Below, one piece after another: positions 1-9,409 of a stretch of DNA of 64,000 nucleotides. How positions within the stretch are numbered: the first letter of the stretch is position 1; the number at the start of each line of letters is the position of its first letter. The notes below the pieces were generated by a model. The model worked only from the letters and a program-made list of their open reading frames with translations, made no database searches and was not told where the DNA came from. The DNA comes from Bacteroidota bacterium. Its GTDB lineage: Bacteria > Bacteroidota > Bacteroidia > NS11-12g > UBA955. Location of the stretch: contig JAURNR010000053.1 of assembly GCA_030830065.1 (NCBI GenBank), forward strand, positions 8,543-72,542, read 5' to 3'. A program made the translations under genes and the position numbers.

Positions 1-1335
1 TACTTCATTTAAGTTATTTTGAGAGGAATCGTCATTAATTTTAGGCATGCCCAAAATATTATAGTAAACCTGGTGCATTAACTGATCCAGATCATCCCTC
101 ATTTCGATTGAAATCGTTTCTTTCCCATCATTGACTATTTGAATCCGTCTGGCTAATTCAAACAAATGAGCAATTACAATAGGAGTATTCAAATCATCAT
201 TCAATGCATCAAATATTGCAGATTTAATGTCATCAACTTTTATAGTTGCTGAATCCGAGGTTTTTAAATTCTTTATCAACCCAATGGCGGATTCCAGACG
301 CTTCATGCCTTTTTCTGATGCTAGTAATGCCTCTTCTGAAAAGTCTAGTGTTCCGCGGTAATGCGCTTGTAATACAAAAAATCTTAATGTTTTTGGTCCA
401 AATCCTCTGGATAGCAATGGATGTTGTCCTTCAAACAACTCCGTTACTTTGATACCATTATTCAAACTTTTAGCCATTTTTTGGCCATTAATTGTGATCA
501 TATTATGATGTACCCAGTAACGAGCAGGCTCATTGTTGTGGGCAGAAATACTTTGTGCTATCTCACACTCATGGTGTGGAAACAGCAAATCCATACCGCC
601 ACCGTGGATATCAAACGACTCGCCTAAATATTTAGCGCTCATGGCACTACATTCAATATGCCAACCAGGATAACCTTTACCCCATGGACTTGTCCACTGC
701 ATAATATGCTCAGGTGTAGCCTGTTTCCATAGTGCAAAGTCATTCGGAGATTTTTTTTCTTCTTGCCCCTCTAAACTTCTACTCTCATTACCTGCACCTG
801 CAATTAAATCCTCTGTATTTCTACCACTCAATTCGCCATAATTGTGTTTTTTTGAATAAGCGGAGACATCAAAATATACCGATCCATTCACCTCATATGC
901 ATAACCTTTATCAATGATGGATTGAATCATTTCAATCTGTTCAATGATATGCCCACTCGCCTTTGGCTCAATGCTTGGTCTTTGGACATTTAATTGATCC
1001 ATCGCCCAGTTATACTGATCTGTGTAGGATTGGGCCACTTCCATAGGTTCTAATTGTTCTAATTTTGCTTGTTTCTGAAGCTTATCTTCACCTTCATCCG
1101 CGTCACCTACTAAGTGTCCAACATCTGTAATATTCCGGACAAATCTTACTTGATAATCTTTAAAGGATAAATATCTTCGTAATACATCAAATACAATTGG
1201 GCCTCTAACATGTCCAAGATGCGGAGGACCATAAACGGTGGGTCCGCAAACATACATACCGACTTTCTGGGGTACCAAACTCTTAAATGGTTCTAATTTA
1301 CGCCCTAAGGTGTTATATATAATTAACTCACTCAT
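1..1335 (-). CDS. cysS: cysteine--tRNA ligase, N-terminal 445 codons (3' end runs off the left window edge)
   Basis: Absent from the ORF track because there is no stop in the window. Hand translation of the minus strand from ATG 1335-1333 gives [46 protein letters not shown], with the class I HIGH motif as [12 protein letters not shown] (a KMSKS-type motif) lies near 489-466. The frame is consistent to position 1. Confidence 0.88.
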   Translation of the reverse strand, partial: MSELIIYNTLGRKLEPFKSLVPQKVGMYVCGPTVYGPPHLGHVRGPIVFDVLRRYLSFKDYQVRFVRNITDVGHLVGDADEGEDKLQKQAKLEQLEPMEVAQSYTDQYNWAMDQLNVQRPSIEPKASGHIIEQIEMIQSIIDKGYAYEVNGSVYFDVSAYSKKHNYGELSGRNTEDLIAGAGNESRSLEGQEEKKSPNDFALWKQATPEHIMQWTSPWGKGYPGWHIECSAMSAKYLGESFDIHGGGMDLLFPHHECEIAQSISAHNNEPARYWVHHNMITINGQKMAKSLNNGIKVTELFEGQHPLLSRGFGPKTLRFFVLQAHYRGTLDFSEEALLASEKGMKRLESAIGLIKNLKTSDSATIKVDDIKSAIFDALNDDLNTPIVIAHLFELARRIQIVNDGKETISIEMRDDLDQLMHQVYYNILGMPKINDDSSQNNLNEV

Positions 1336-1336
1336 A

Positions 1337-2386
1337 CTATCTGGTTTCATACATCTCGTTGTAGTACGATTGATAATTCCCCGATGTTACATTATTCAAC
1401 CAAACCTCGTTTTCCAAATACCAATCTATGGTTTTTTCAAATCCTTCTGAAAAATTAACAGAGGGTTTCCAACCAAGCTCAGATGCAATTTTTGTTGCAT
1501 CAATTGCATACCGAAAATCATGGCCTTTTCTATCGGTAACATAAGTGATAAGTTTTTCAGACGTTCCATTTTCACGGCTTAATTTGCTATCCATAATTTC
1601 ACAAAGCTTTCTAACTAAATCTATGTTACGCCATTCATTATTGCCACCTATATTATAAGTTTCACCATTTCTTCCTCTGTGAAATACTGTATCTATTGCT
1701 GAAGCGTGGTCATTAACCCACAACCAATCTCTTATATTTTCACCTTTTCCATAAACAGGCAACGGCTGATTATTCTTAATATTATGTATCATCAGCGGTA
1801 TAAGTTTCTCCGGAAATTGGTGACTTCCATAATTATTCGAACAATTACTTATTACCACAGGAAGTTTATATGTTTCATAATACGCCCTTACAAAGTGATC
1901 CGAACCTGCTTTGCTTGCGCTGTAGGGAGAATTAGGAGAATATGGAGTAGACTCTAAAAACATGCCATCATCTCCGAGTGTTCCGTATACTTCGTCTGTA
2001 CTGACGTGGTAAAACCTTCCGTTATCTATATCTCCAAAGGCCTTAAATGCGTTCAACAAAATAACTGTACCTAATACATTGGTTTTTACAAAATCTAAAG
2101 GATTTGTAATACTTCGATCTACATGACTTTCAGCTGCTAGATGAATTACTGAATGTATATTGCGTGATTCAAATAGAGCATTAATTGCAGTGGTGTCTGT
2201 AATGTCTGCCTTAAGAAACTCATAGTTTGGTTTACTTTCAATATCTTTTAAATTCTCGAGATTACCAGCATAAGTTAAAACATCAACATTTATTATGTGA
2301 TATTCAGGATAATTAATTACAAACCTTCTAACAACATGAGATCCTATAAACCCCGCACCACCAGTAATGATTATATTCCTTTTCAT
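1337..2386 (-). CDS. rfbB: dTDP-glucose 4,6-dehydratase
   Basis: 349 aa. N-terminal Rossmann motif TGGAGFIGSH, then YxxxK (YSASK) and full-length resemblance to RmlB. The ATGA overlap with the upstream gene suggests translational coupling. Confidence 0.92.
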   Translation of the reverse strand: MKRNIIITGGAGFIGSHVVRRFVINYPEYHIINVDVLTYAGNLENLKDIESKPNYEFLKADITDTTAINALFESRNIHSVIHLAAESHVDRSITNPLDFVKTNVLGTVILLNAFKAFGDIDNGRFYHVSTDEVYGTLGDDGMFLESTPYSPNSPYSASKAGSDHFVRAYYETYKLPVVISNCSNNYGSHQFPEKLIPLMIHNIKNNQPLPVYGKGENIRDWLWVNDHASAIDTVFHRGRNGETYNIGGNNEWRNIDLVRKLCEIMDSKLSRENGTSEKLITYVTDRKGHDFRYAIDATKIASELGWKPSVNFSEGFEKTIDWYLENEVWLNNVTSGNYQSYYNEMYETR

Positions 2387-3294
2387 TCTAGTTCTTTTAC
2401 ATTTAACAATTTAATATAAAGAGGAGAGTACGAAGGTACACCTATTCTTCCTTCTGCTCCCCACCCAAATCTTGACGGAATAACACACTCCATTAACGCA
2501 CCATCAGGTACAAAGAAAGGCAATTCATTCATTGCCGGTATTGGATTAACTCCGCCTCCATAATCTGCCATATATTTTCTGGATTCTAGCCTTGAATCTA
2601 CAATTAAATCCCCATTCAAACGATTAATAACTACATCAAAGGAAACCCTTTTGCCTTCTTTTATTGGTGCATGATTCATGTAATGATCATTTAAAATATC
2701 GGGTGCATTTTCACCAATTAATCTGTAATATATTCCTGAATATGAATCGTGATACCAAACACCTTTCTCCTTATGTTCAACACAGTATTTTCTTATTGCT
2801 GCCTCTTCAATTTCTTTACGTTTATTGAATTTCTCTTGTGTAAATTCATAATAATCTTGAAGAGTGTAAATTTTCTCTACTTCAAAAACTATCCTTGCTT
2901 CTTTACCGTTGGGTAAAAGTTGTACACGATAGTCTGAACTATTTTTTTGCTTTAAACTATCAGTTGATAAAACAACTTCAACTTTACTACCTTCAGACGC
3001 AAGCATTAATGCCTCCGTAAGTTCATTTATTGGCTTTGAAGGATATGCAACCTCTACTGCTGTATCAGCATTATATGAATTTTGAATAGTATCACCATCC
3101 GGACCAATTATCACGTAATTAATTAAACAATAATGCGAATCATCTATGGTGGAATCTAGGGCTCTTCCTTTCAAAAATTTATATTTTAAACCACTTTCTG
3201 TTATTGTATAGTTCCAATATTTGTTATAAATGAGTGCGAATATTACGGATATAATTAATACTGCAAAAAATATATTCAACTTGTTACTATTCAT
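2383..3294 (-). CDS. membrane-anchored FKBP-type peptidyl-prolyl isomerase-like protein
   Basis: The ORF-track start at 3318 is a GTG. I prefer the ATG at 3294 (MNSNKLNIFFAVLIISVIFALIY, an N-terminal TM anchor), which removes the overlap with nrnA. The C-terminus (IPSRFGWGAEG...PLYIKLLNVKELE) resembles a degenerate FKBP domain. The function is tentative. Confidence 0.5.
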   Translation of the reverse strand: MNSNKLNIFFAVLIISVIFALIYNKYWNYTITESGLKYKFLKGRALDSTIDDSHYCLINYVIIGPDGDTIQNSYNADTAVEVAYPSKPINELTEALMLASEGSKVEVVLSTDSLKQKNSSDYRVQLLPNGKEARIVFEVEKIYTLQDYYEFTQEKFNKRKEIEEAAIRKYCVEHKEKGVWYHDSYSGIYYRLIGENAPDILNDHYMNHAPIKEGKRVSFDVVINRLNGDLIVDSRLESRKYMADYGGGVNPIPAMNELPFFVPDGALMECVIPSRFGWGAEGRIGVPSYSPLYIKLLNVKELE

Positions 3295-3298
3295 AATA

Positions 3299-4321
3299 TT
3301 ATACTTTTTGTAACTCACTTTTATATTCTTTTATTGTAGATTTAAACTTTGACACTACATTTTCTAATGAATCCTCACTTGCTCCACCCGCAGCATTGAT
3401 ATGTCCACCACCTGAGAAGTATTTTTCGGCATATTTATTAACCGCAAAATTTCCTTTACTTCTAAAACTCATTTTTACCTTTTCGATCCTGTCAATTATT
3501 AGTACGCTTAAAACGATATCCTTTAACCCTAATCCAAAATTAACTAAACCTTCAGTATCTCCAGTAACTACTTGAAATCGTTGTAATTCCTCACGATTTA
3601 AATAAATTAAGGCAGTTCTGCAATCTTCTAAAACTTCTAATTTTTCGTACAGACAATAACCAAATAACCTAGATCTATTAATTGAAAAAACATCATAAAT
3701 TCTTTCATGAATTAATGTATGCTTTGCACCTAATTCGATTAAATCCGCACCTATCCTAAGGGTCTGCGGCTTAGTATTAACATACTGGAAATTCCCAGTA
3801 TCCGTCATTAGTCCCGTATATAAACAGTTCACAGCATCAGCAGTAAAAACATTCTTTCCAAAGGCTTTCAATCCAAATTCATAAACTAACTCACAGGTGC
3901 TGCTAGATTCATTATTCCAATAAGCATATTTATAAAACTTATCGGGATCTTGATGATGATCTATTAAAACAGATGGGGTATTAGATTGCGACACCAATTC
4001 ACCAAGTTCATTTATCCTAGAAAGCTTGTTAAAGTCTAAACAAAAAATTAAGTCTGACTCTTTTAAAAGCTGTTTAACTTTTTCTGGGTTAATAGTGAAA
4101 TCAATTACTTCATTATTACCCGGCAACCAACTTAGATTTTCTGAATAATCTGTTGGAGTAATAACCGTGGCCTTTAGACCCATCTTTTGAAGTATATGCC
4201 AAAGCCCAAGTGTGGAGCCCATTGCGTCGCCGTCGGGCTTATGATGAGTAGTTATAAAAATATTAGAAAACTCTTTTGATTTTAGCCTTATTATTAGGTC
4301 TTCTGTATTATCTATCCTCAT
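3299..4321 (-). CDS. nrnA: DHH-family phosphoesterase (NrnA-like bifunctional oligoribonuclease / pAp phosphatase)
   Basis: 340 aa with DHH-family motifs HHKPDGDAMGS and DHH(Q), and the DHHA1 motif GGGHINAAGG. Confidence 0.82.
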   Translation of the reverse strand: MRIDNTEDLIIRLKSKEFSNIFITTHHKPDGDAMGSTLGLWHILQKMGLKATVITPTDYSENLSWLPGNNEVIDFTINPEKVKQLLKESDLIFCLDFNKLSRINELGELVSQSNTPSVLIDHHQDPDKFYKYAYWNNESSSTCELVYEFGLKAFGKNVFTADAVNCLYTGLMTDTGNFQYVNTKPQTLRIGADLIELGAKHTLIHERIYDVFSINRSRLFGYCLYEKLEVLEDCRTALIYLNREELQRFQVVTGDTEGLVNFGLGLKDIVLSVLIIDRIEKVKMSFRSKGNFAVNKYAEKYFSGGGHINAAGGASEDSLENVVSKFKSTIKEYKSELQKV

Positions 4322-4329
4322 GTTTGATG

Positions 4330-4337
4330 CAAAAATA
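4330..4337 (-). promoter_or_regulatory. candidate -7 promoter box TATTTTTG for nrnA
   Basis: Exact TAnnTTTG on the minus strand, 8 nt upstream of the nrnA ATG (4321). Confidence 0.35.
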
Positions 4338-4351
4338 CGGAATACCTAAAG

Positions 4352-4359
4352 TAAATTTG
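4352..4359 (+). promoter_or_regulatory. candidate -7 promoter box TAAATTTG for the M16 peptidase gene
   Basis: Exact TAnnTTTG, 1 nt before ATG 4361 and 7 nt before the second in-frame ATG 4367. The real start may therefore be 4367. Confidence 0.35.
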
Positions 4360-4360
4360 C

Positions 4361-5605
4361 ATGAATATGGGGAACAGCGATTATCAATTGATTACTTTGA
4401 ACAATGGTTTACGTGTTGCCCATTTAAAGGTTAGTTCCACTTTATTGGTACATTGCGGATTTGTTATTAACTCGGGAAGCCGAGATGATGGCCCAATCGA
4501 GGGAATAGCTCATTTCCTTGAACACATGCTATTTAAGGGTACACAAAGGCGTAAAACTGTCCATGTCTTAAACCATTTAGAAAATGTAGGGGGTGAATTA
4601 AATGCTTTTACCACAAAGGAACTAACATCTGTTTATGCAACCGTTCAAAAGAAACACTTTCAACGAGCGGTTGATATTTTGGTTGATATAACTTTTAGAT
4701 CATCATTTCCAGATTCTGAAATTCAAAAAGAAAAGACCGTAATCAAAGATGAAATCAATATGTATCTGGACAATCCTGATGAAAACATATATGATGAATT
4801 CCAAGAAATGGTTTTTGAAAACCATCCTTTAGCACACAATATTCTTGGAACAGAAAAATCAATATCCCAAATTAATTCGCAACATCTTAAACAATTTATA
4901 GAAAACAATTATACTTCTGATAATATTGTTTTTGTAGTAGTTGGAAATGTATCCATCAACAGGACAGTAGAAGCACTAAATAAATTTATGGATGATATAA
5001 ATCTATCATCTTTGTCAAAATCCCACAATTATCAACCCATAAAATATTTACCAAAGAAAGTTGAAAAACCATCTGATTTTGGTCAATCATACGGGATAAT
5101 GGGAATTCCTTGTTATATGGATACTCATGAAATGAGATATCCTATGATTTTATTGAATAATTTACTAGGTGGACCAGGAATGAATAGCCGTTTAAACCTT
5201 GGAATTAGAGAAAAATATGGGTTTACTTATCATATTGAAAGTGGATATTCGGCTTTTTCTGATACCGGACTTTTTCATTGTTATTTAAGTTGTGAAGAAC
5301 AATATTTAAAAAGGTCGTTTGAATTGATTCGAAAAGAACTTCAAAAGTTAAAAAACAAAAAACTAGGTAGACTTCAATTACAACAGGCAAAAAATCAAAT
5401 ATCAGGAAATCTGATAATTAGTAGTGAATCCAGAACCGGTTTATTATTACATATTGGTAAAGGAATTGTTAAATATGGGCGTGCAAATAGTATCATTGAA
5501 ACTATATCTAAAATTGAGAATGTAAGTGCAGATCAGGTATTAGAAGCAGCAAACGAGATATTTAATTTTGAAGAATTTAGTGAGTTGATTTATTACCCAG
5601 AATAA
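4361..5605 (+). CDS. M16 (pitrilysin) family zinc peptidase
   Basis: 414 aa. Inverted zinc-binding motif HxxEH (HFLEHMLFKGT) near the N-terminus, with a typical M16 two-domain length. Confidence 0.85.
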   Translation: MNMGNSDYQLITLNNGLRVAHLKVSSTLLVHCGFVINSGSRDDGPIEGIAHFLEHMLFKGTQRRKTVHVLNHLENVGGELNAFTTKELTSVYATVQKKHFQRAVDILVDITFRSSFPDSEIQKEKTVIKDEINMYLDNPDENIYDEFQEMVFENHPLAHNILGTEKSISQINSQHLKQFIENNYTSDNIVFVVVGNVSINRTVEALNKFMDDINLSSLSKSHNYQPIKYLPKKVEKPSDFGQSYGIMGIPCYMDTHEMRYPMILLNNLLGGPGMNSRLNLGIREKYGFTYHIESGYSAFSDTGLFHCYLSCEEQYLKRSFELIRKELQKLKNKKLGRLQLQQAKNQISGNLIISSESRTGLLLHIGKGIVKYGRANSIIETISKIENVSADQVLEAANEIFNFEEFSELIYYPE

Positions 5606-6228
5606 TGAAAAACCATCCTATCAAAAATTTGATTTATGAAGGAGAAGGATTAACATTAGATTTTAAACAAACCATCCAAAATCCTCGAAAAATAGCAAAG
5701 TCCATGGTAAGCTTTGCAAATACAAAAGGTGGAGTTTTACTTATCGGCGTAAGAGATAATGGCAGTATCTGTGGAATTAAATCAGAGGATGAAATACACA
5801 TGATTGAACTCGCTGCAGGTTTCCACAGTAAACCAGAAGTATCTTTTTCAATAAAAGAGTTATCAGTGGATGGAAAAACGATAATTCAAGTTGATATTCC
5901 AGAAGGTAAAGAAAAACCATATTATTCTCAAGGAGATGATGGCAAATGGTGGGTTTATGTTAGAGTAGAAGATAAGTGTATCTTAGCTTCAAAGACTACC
6001 GTAGATTTTATGAAAAATCATGGAAAAGAGGTAAAAATCACCATGGGTAAGTTAGAGCAAAATATATTACAATTTGTTGCCTGCAGAGAGAAAACTACAT
6101 TATTCGAAATTTGTAAAAAGTTCAATCTAGGGAGACGAAGAGTTTCCCGAATTTTAGTTGATTTAATGAGAGCTGATGTAATTCGAAGTCACACTACAGA
6201 AAAGACCGAATTTTACACCTCCGTATAA
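5605..6228 (+). CDS. AlbA_2 (Schlafen-like 'divergent AAA') domain protein with C-terminal winged-helix
   Basis: 207 aa. GEGLTLDFKQ...SMVSFANTKGGVLLIGVRDNGSICG matches my recollection of the AlbA_2/PF04326 core. The C-terminal LEQNILQFV...TLFEICKKFNLGRRRVSRILVDLMRADVI looks like a wHTH. Its ATG overlaps the M16 stop codon (TAATG). Confidence 0.55.
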   Translation: MKNHPIKNLIYEGEGLTLDFKQTIQNPRKIAKSMVSFANTKGGVLLIGVRDNGSICGIKSEDEIHMIELAAGFHSKPEVSFSIKELSVDGKTIIQVDIPEGKEKPYYSQGDDGKWWVYVRVEDKCILASKTTVDFMKNHGKEVKITMGKLEQNILQFVACREKTTLFEICKKFNLGRRRVSRILVDLMRADVIRSHTTEKTEFYTSV

Positions 6229-6232
6229 AAAA

Positions 6233-6255
6233 AGAGCAAGCCAACGGCCTGCTCT
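6233..6255. terminator. bidirectional intrinsic terminator hairpin between the AlbA_2 gene and sod
   Basis: AGAGCAAGCC-aac-GGCCTGCTCT (9 bp, 1 mismatch), preceded by an A-run, which gives a T-run on the minus strand after sod. Confidence 0.55.
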
Positions 6256-6274
6256 TTATAAGTTTCTATTATTA

Positions 6275-6880
6275 TTATTTAGTTGCTTGTGCGAATCTAG
6301 CAGCAACTGCATCCCAATCTACAACATTCCAAAATGCAGAAATGTAGTCTGGACGACGATTTTGATAGTTGAGGTAGTAAGCGTGTTCCCATACATCTAA
6401 GCCAAGAATAGGAGTTCCTTTAACTTCAGCAATGTCCATCATAGGATTATCCTGATTAGGTGTAGAAGTAACAACTAAATTATTATCATGAATAACTAAC
6501 CATGCCCATCCACTTCCAAAACGAGTTGCAGCTGCTTGTGCAAACTGTGTTTTAAACTCTTCAAAAGAACCAAAAGCTTGGTTGATTGCAACTGCTAAAT
6601 CACCCATTGGATTTCCGCCTTTATTTGGACCCATAATTGACCAAAACAATGAGTGATTATAATGTCCACCCCCGTTATTTCTAACTGCACCCGAGTGAGA
6701 ACTAATTGAACCCATTAATTCCTCTATTGATTTTCCCTCTAAATCAGTTCCTTCAATAGCTTTATTTAGATTAGTAACATATGCATTATGGTGTTTTCCA
6801 TGGTGTATTTCCATAGTTTTTGCATCAATATGGGGCTCAAGCGCTCCCAAATCGTAAGATAATTTTGGTAATTCAAACAT
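6275..6880 (-). CDS. Fe/Mn-family superoxide dismutase
   Basis: 201 aa. [30 protein letters not shown] and DVWEHAYYL are hallmark Fe/Mn SOD motifs. Confidence 0.93.
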   Translation of the reverse strand: MFELPKLSYDLGALEPHIDAKTMEIHHGKHHNAYVTNLNKAIEGTDLEGKSIEELMGSISSHSGAVRNNGGGHYNHSLFWSIMGPNKGGNPMGDLAVAINQAFGSFEEFKTQFAQAAATRFGSGWAWLVIHDNNLVVTSTPNQDNPMMDIAEVKGTPILGLDVWEHAYYLNYQNRRPDYISAFWNVVDWDAVAARFAQATK

Positions 6881-6902
6881 AATTATAGACTTTTTATAAT
6901 AA

Positions 6903-6910
6903 CAAATTTA
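6903..6910 (-). promoter_or_regulatory. candidate -7 promoter box TAAATTTG for sod
   Basis: Exact TAnnTTTG on the minus strand, 22 nt upstream of the sod ATG (a conventional short leader). Confidence 0.4.
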
Positions 6911-6932
6911 GTTAAACTTCGTTTGCACACCA

Positions 6933-7553
6933 ATGCTAATTCTACAGAAGCATATATTTTTGTGCTCATTATTTATCAGATTGAGTTATAGTTCATTAGA
7001 AATAACAGCCGCGATTTTATCACTATGGTGTGTATGGCTAGCTGCGAAAAACAAAGTTTTAAACTGGCCCATTAGTATGGTCGCTTCGGTATTGTATGGC
7101 TGGGTATTTTACCAAAATCGGTTTTATTCAGAATCATATTTACAAATGGCTTTTTTTGCATTTCAATCTTATGGATGGTGGTACTGGACTATACCGAAAC
7201 TAAAAAGAAAGGAAAAACCTATTCAAAAAACACCTCAAAGATTTATCCTATGGATAATACTCTTGTTTTTCGTTGGTTATTTCATATGGTTTAATGTTTA
7301 CACTCATTTTTACAAAGATGCAAGATATCCTATAATTGATGTATTTCTCACTGTACTAAGTTTAACTGCATTATTTATGCAGGCAAGAAGGTGGTATGAA
7401 AGCTGGTTTCTATGGATTTTAGCTGATTTAATCTATGTCCCGATGTTTTATTTAGGAGACCAACCTATTACAGCATTACTGTATTTAATTTTTATTTTCC
7501 TTGCCATTTTTGGGCTTTTAGAATGGCAGAAAGTAATAAAAAAGGCTTCCTAA
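6933..7553 (+). CDS. pnuC: nicotinamide riboside transporter PnuC family
   Basis: 206 aa polytopic membrane protein. W-rich motifs (LSLWCVWLAAKNKVLNWP, QSYGWWYW) are typical of PnuC. The true start may lie downstream of the ORF-track ATG. Confidence 0.75.
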   Translation: MLILQKHIFLCSLFIRLSYSSLEITAAILSLWCVWLAAKNKVLNWPISMVASVLYGWVFYQNRFYSESYLQMAFFAFQSYGWWYWTIPKLKRKEKPIQKTPQRFILWIILLFFVGYFIWFNVYTHFYKDARYPIIDVFLTVLSLTALFMQARRWYESWFLWILADLIYVPMFYLGDQPITALLYLIFIFLAIFGLLEWQKVIKKAS

Positions 7554-7563
7554 TGGAAGCCTT
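7542..7563. terminator. bidirectional terminator hairpin shared by pnuC and rplY
   Basis: AAGGCTTCC-taat-GGAAGCCTT overlaps the pnuC stop codon. It is flanked by an A-run and a T-run. Confidence 0.6.
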
Positions 7564-7587
7564 TTATAATATATTATTTGAGTAAAA

Positions 7588-8214
7588 TTACTCTGTTGTT
7601 TCTTCAGGGGTTTCTTCAGGAGTTTCCTGAGTAGAATCCTTAGATTCATCAGCCGACGCTTGCATAAGTGCACGAGTCGTTTTAACCGACACAATTGCAT
7701 TTGCTGCTGCGTCCAAAATTTCAATGTTCTCGATACTTATATCTTTTACCTTTGCACTTTGACCGATCTGAAGCTTACCAATCTCAACATCTACGTAGTC
7801 AGGCATGTCTTTAAGTAAACCCTTAAGTTTTAAACGGTTTATTTTTTTCACCAACTTACCACCGGCGCGAATTCCTGGGGAGTTACCAACTACTTTAATT
7901 GGAACTTCAACAACTACAGGCTTATCATCAGAAACCGCCAGAAAATCTGCATGAATAATCATCTCAGATACAGGATGGAATTGAATATCTTGTAGAATAG
8001 CATCAAACATTTCACCTTCGATATCTAATTTTACTTTGTAAGCATTTTGTGTGTAGACTAGTTTTTTGAAATCCGCTTGGTAAATAGCGAAATGTGTACC
8101 TTCCTTTCCTTCACTATACATCACACAAGGAACTTGTCCTTTTTTTCTAATTTCTTTGGAGCTGCGAGTACCTACTTCCGCGCGCTTTTCTCCTTTTAAT
8201 AAAATGGTTTTCAT
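7588..8214 (-). CDS. rplY: 50S ribosomal protein L25 / general stress protein Ctc
   Basis: 208 aa. The N-terminal L25 fold sequence (LKGEKRAEVGTRSSKEIRKKGQVPCVMY) and an acidic C-terminal tail are typical of the Ctc form. Confidence 0.9.
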   Translation of the reverse strand: MKTILLKGEKRAEVGTRSSKEIRKKGQVPCVMYSEGKEGTHFAIYQADFKKLVYTQNAYKVKLDIEGEMFDAILQDIQFHPVSEMIIHADFLAVSDDKPVVVEVPIKVVGNSPGIRAGGKLVKKINRLKLKGLLKDMPDYVDVEIGKLQIGQSAKVKDISIENIEILDAAANAIVSVKTTRALMQASADESKDSTQETPEETPEETTE

Positions 8215-8232
8215 ATTATTCTAATTATTTTT

Positions 8233-9216
8233 TTACTTGATTTGACGTAAATCTAAACTCGTTTGTGAGTTTAAAACTTGCTTATATAATGAGCTAATAC
8301 TACCATGCTCATGTACATTCCTGATTGCTCTAGCAAATAATGGAGCTACCGATAAAACCTTAATTTTATCAATGTGTTTCTTCAACGGAATAGAATCTGT
8401 AACAACTAATTCTGTTAACACTGAATTTTCAATATTGTCATAGGCCTTTCCACTTAATACTGGATGACAGCATAAGGCTCTTACAGTTTTTGCTCCTTTC
8501 TCGGTTAACATTTGAGCTGCCTTGCAAAGTGTTCCACCCGTATCAATTATATCATCGATCAATACAACATCCTTACCGTCAACGTCTCCAATAACAGTCA
8601 TATTTGCGATTTCGTTCGCTTTTTTACGCTCTTTATCACAAATTACCATAGGGAGATTTAATATTTTAGCCACCTCACGAATTCGATTGGAAGCACCCAC
8701 ATCAGGAGCAGCTATTACTAGGTTATCTTGGCTTAATGTTTGGATATACGGTACAAAAATGATTGAACTTTCTAGATGATCCACAGGAACATTAAAAAAA
8801 CCTTGGATTTGAGGTGCATGCAATTCCATTGTCATTACACGATCTGCACCAGCAGTACTTAATAAATCAGCAACTAATTTTGATGCAATAGAAACTCGTG
8901 GCTTATCTTTTCTATCTTGACGCGCAAAACCATAGTAAGGAATAACGGCTGTGATATAATTTGCACTTGCTCTTTTCGCCGCATCAATAGCCATTAACAA
9001 TTCTAATAAGTTGTCACTGCTAGGATAAGTTGATTGAACAATAAATAAATCGCAACCACGAACGCTTTCTTGAAAATTAGGTTGAAATTCACCATCACTA
9101 AAACGACTAACTAAAAGGTCGCCCGGAATAGTTCCATAATAATCACAAATAGATTTTGTTAACTCAACTGAGGCAGAACCGCCAAAGATTTTTACTGGAT
9201 GTATTAAAGATGTCAT
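8233..9216 (-). CDS. prs: ribose-phosphate pyrophosphokinase
   Basis: 327 aa. PRPP-binding loop VLIDDIIDTGGT and ARQDRK motif; the prs-rplY order is conserved. Confidence 0.95.
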   Translation of the reverse strand: MTSLIHPVKIFGGSASVELTKSICDYYGTIPGDLLVSRFSDGEFQPNFQESVRGCDLFIVQSTYPSSDNLLELLMAIDAAKRASANYITAVIPYYGFARQDRKDKPRVSIASKLVADLLSTAGADRVMTMELHAPQIQGFFNVPVDHLESSIIFVPYIQTLSQDNLVIAAPDVGASNRIREVAKILNLPMVICDKERKKANEIANMTVIGDVDGKDVVLIDDIIDTGGTLCKAAQMLTEKGAKTVRALCCHPVLSGKAYDNIENSVLTELVVTDSIPLKKHIDKIKVLSVAPLFARAIRNVHEHGSISSLYKQVLNSQTSLDLRQIK

Positions 9217-9270
9217 AATAAGATTTTACTGTCTCACGGCACTATACCGGATATCATCAAATCGCTTTTG

Positions 9271-9343
9271 TTGTCCGACTAGGGCTCGAACCTAGACTCT
9301 TCTGAACCAAAATCAGACGTGTTGCCAGTTACACCATCGGACA
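9271..9343 (-). tRNA. tRNA-Gln (anticodon TTG)
   Basis: Hand-folded 73-nt cloverleaf: acceptor TGTCCGA/TCGGACA, D stem GTGT/ACAC, anticodon stem TCTGA/TCAGA with loop TTTTGGT, and T arm CTAGG-TTCGAGC-CCTAG. CCA is not encoded. Confidence 0.9.
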
Positions 9344-9355
9344 ATTTTGGGAGTG

Positions 9356-9386
9356 CAAAAATAAAGAGTAAATACAATCATTCCAA
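9356..9386 (-). promoter_or_regulatory. candidate promoter of tRNA-Gln (TTG-N20-TATTTTTG)
   Basis: Exact TAnnTTTG (9363-9356 on the minus strand), 12 nt upstream of the tRNA 5' end, with a TTG about 20 nt further upstream. Confidence 0.4.
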
Positions 9387-9409
9387 CACTACCTATTATT
9401 TTTTTCAAA

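Noticed and set aside
6881-6932. Possible riboswitch (NAD+/TPP-type) upstream of pnuC.
   Set aside because: The spacer is only 52 nt and is shared with the divergent sod promoter. It is too short and too AT-rich to hold any known riboswitch aptamer, and no conserved aptamer motifs were seen.
8522-8779. Antisense or nested ORFs of 60-99 aa in the ORF track. Examples are 421-627, 1706-1957, 8522-8779, 27710-27979, 29992-30288, 30631-30903, 47562-47849, 51928-52221, 52503-52790, 53147-53446 and 63281-63505.
   Set aside because: Each lies entirely inside a long ORF on the opposite strand or another frame that has unmistakable family motifs. Their translations are low-complexity or hydrophobic junk typical of AT-rich antisense frames. 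None has its own promoter box or recognisable domain.
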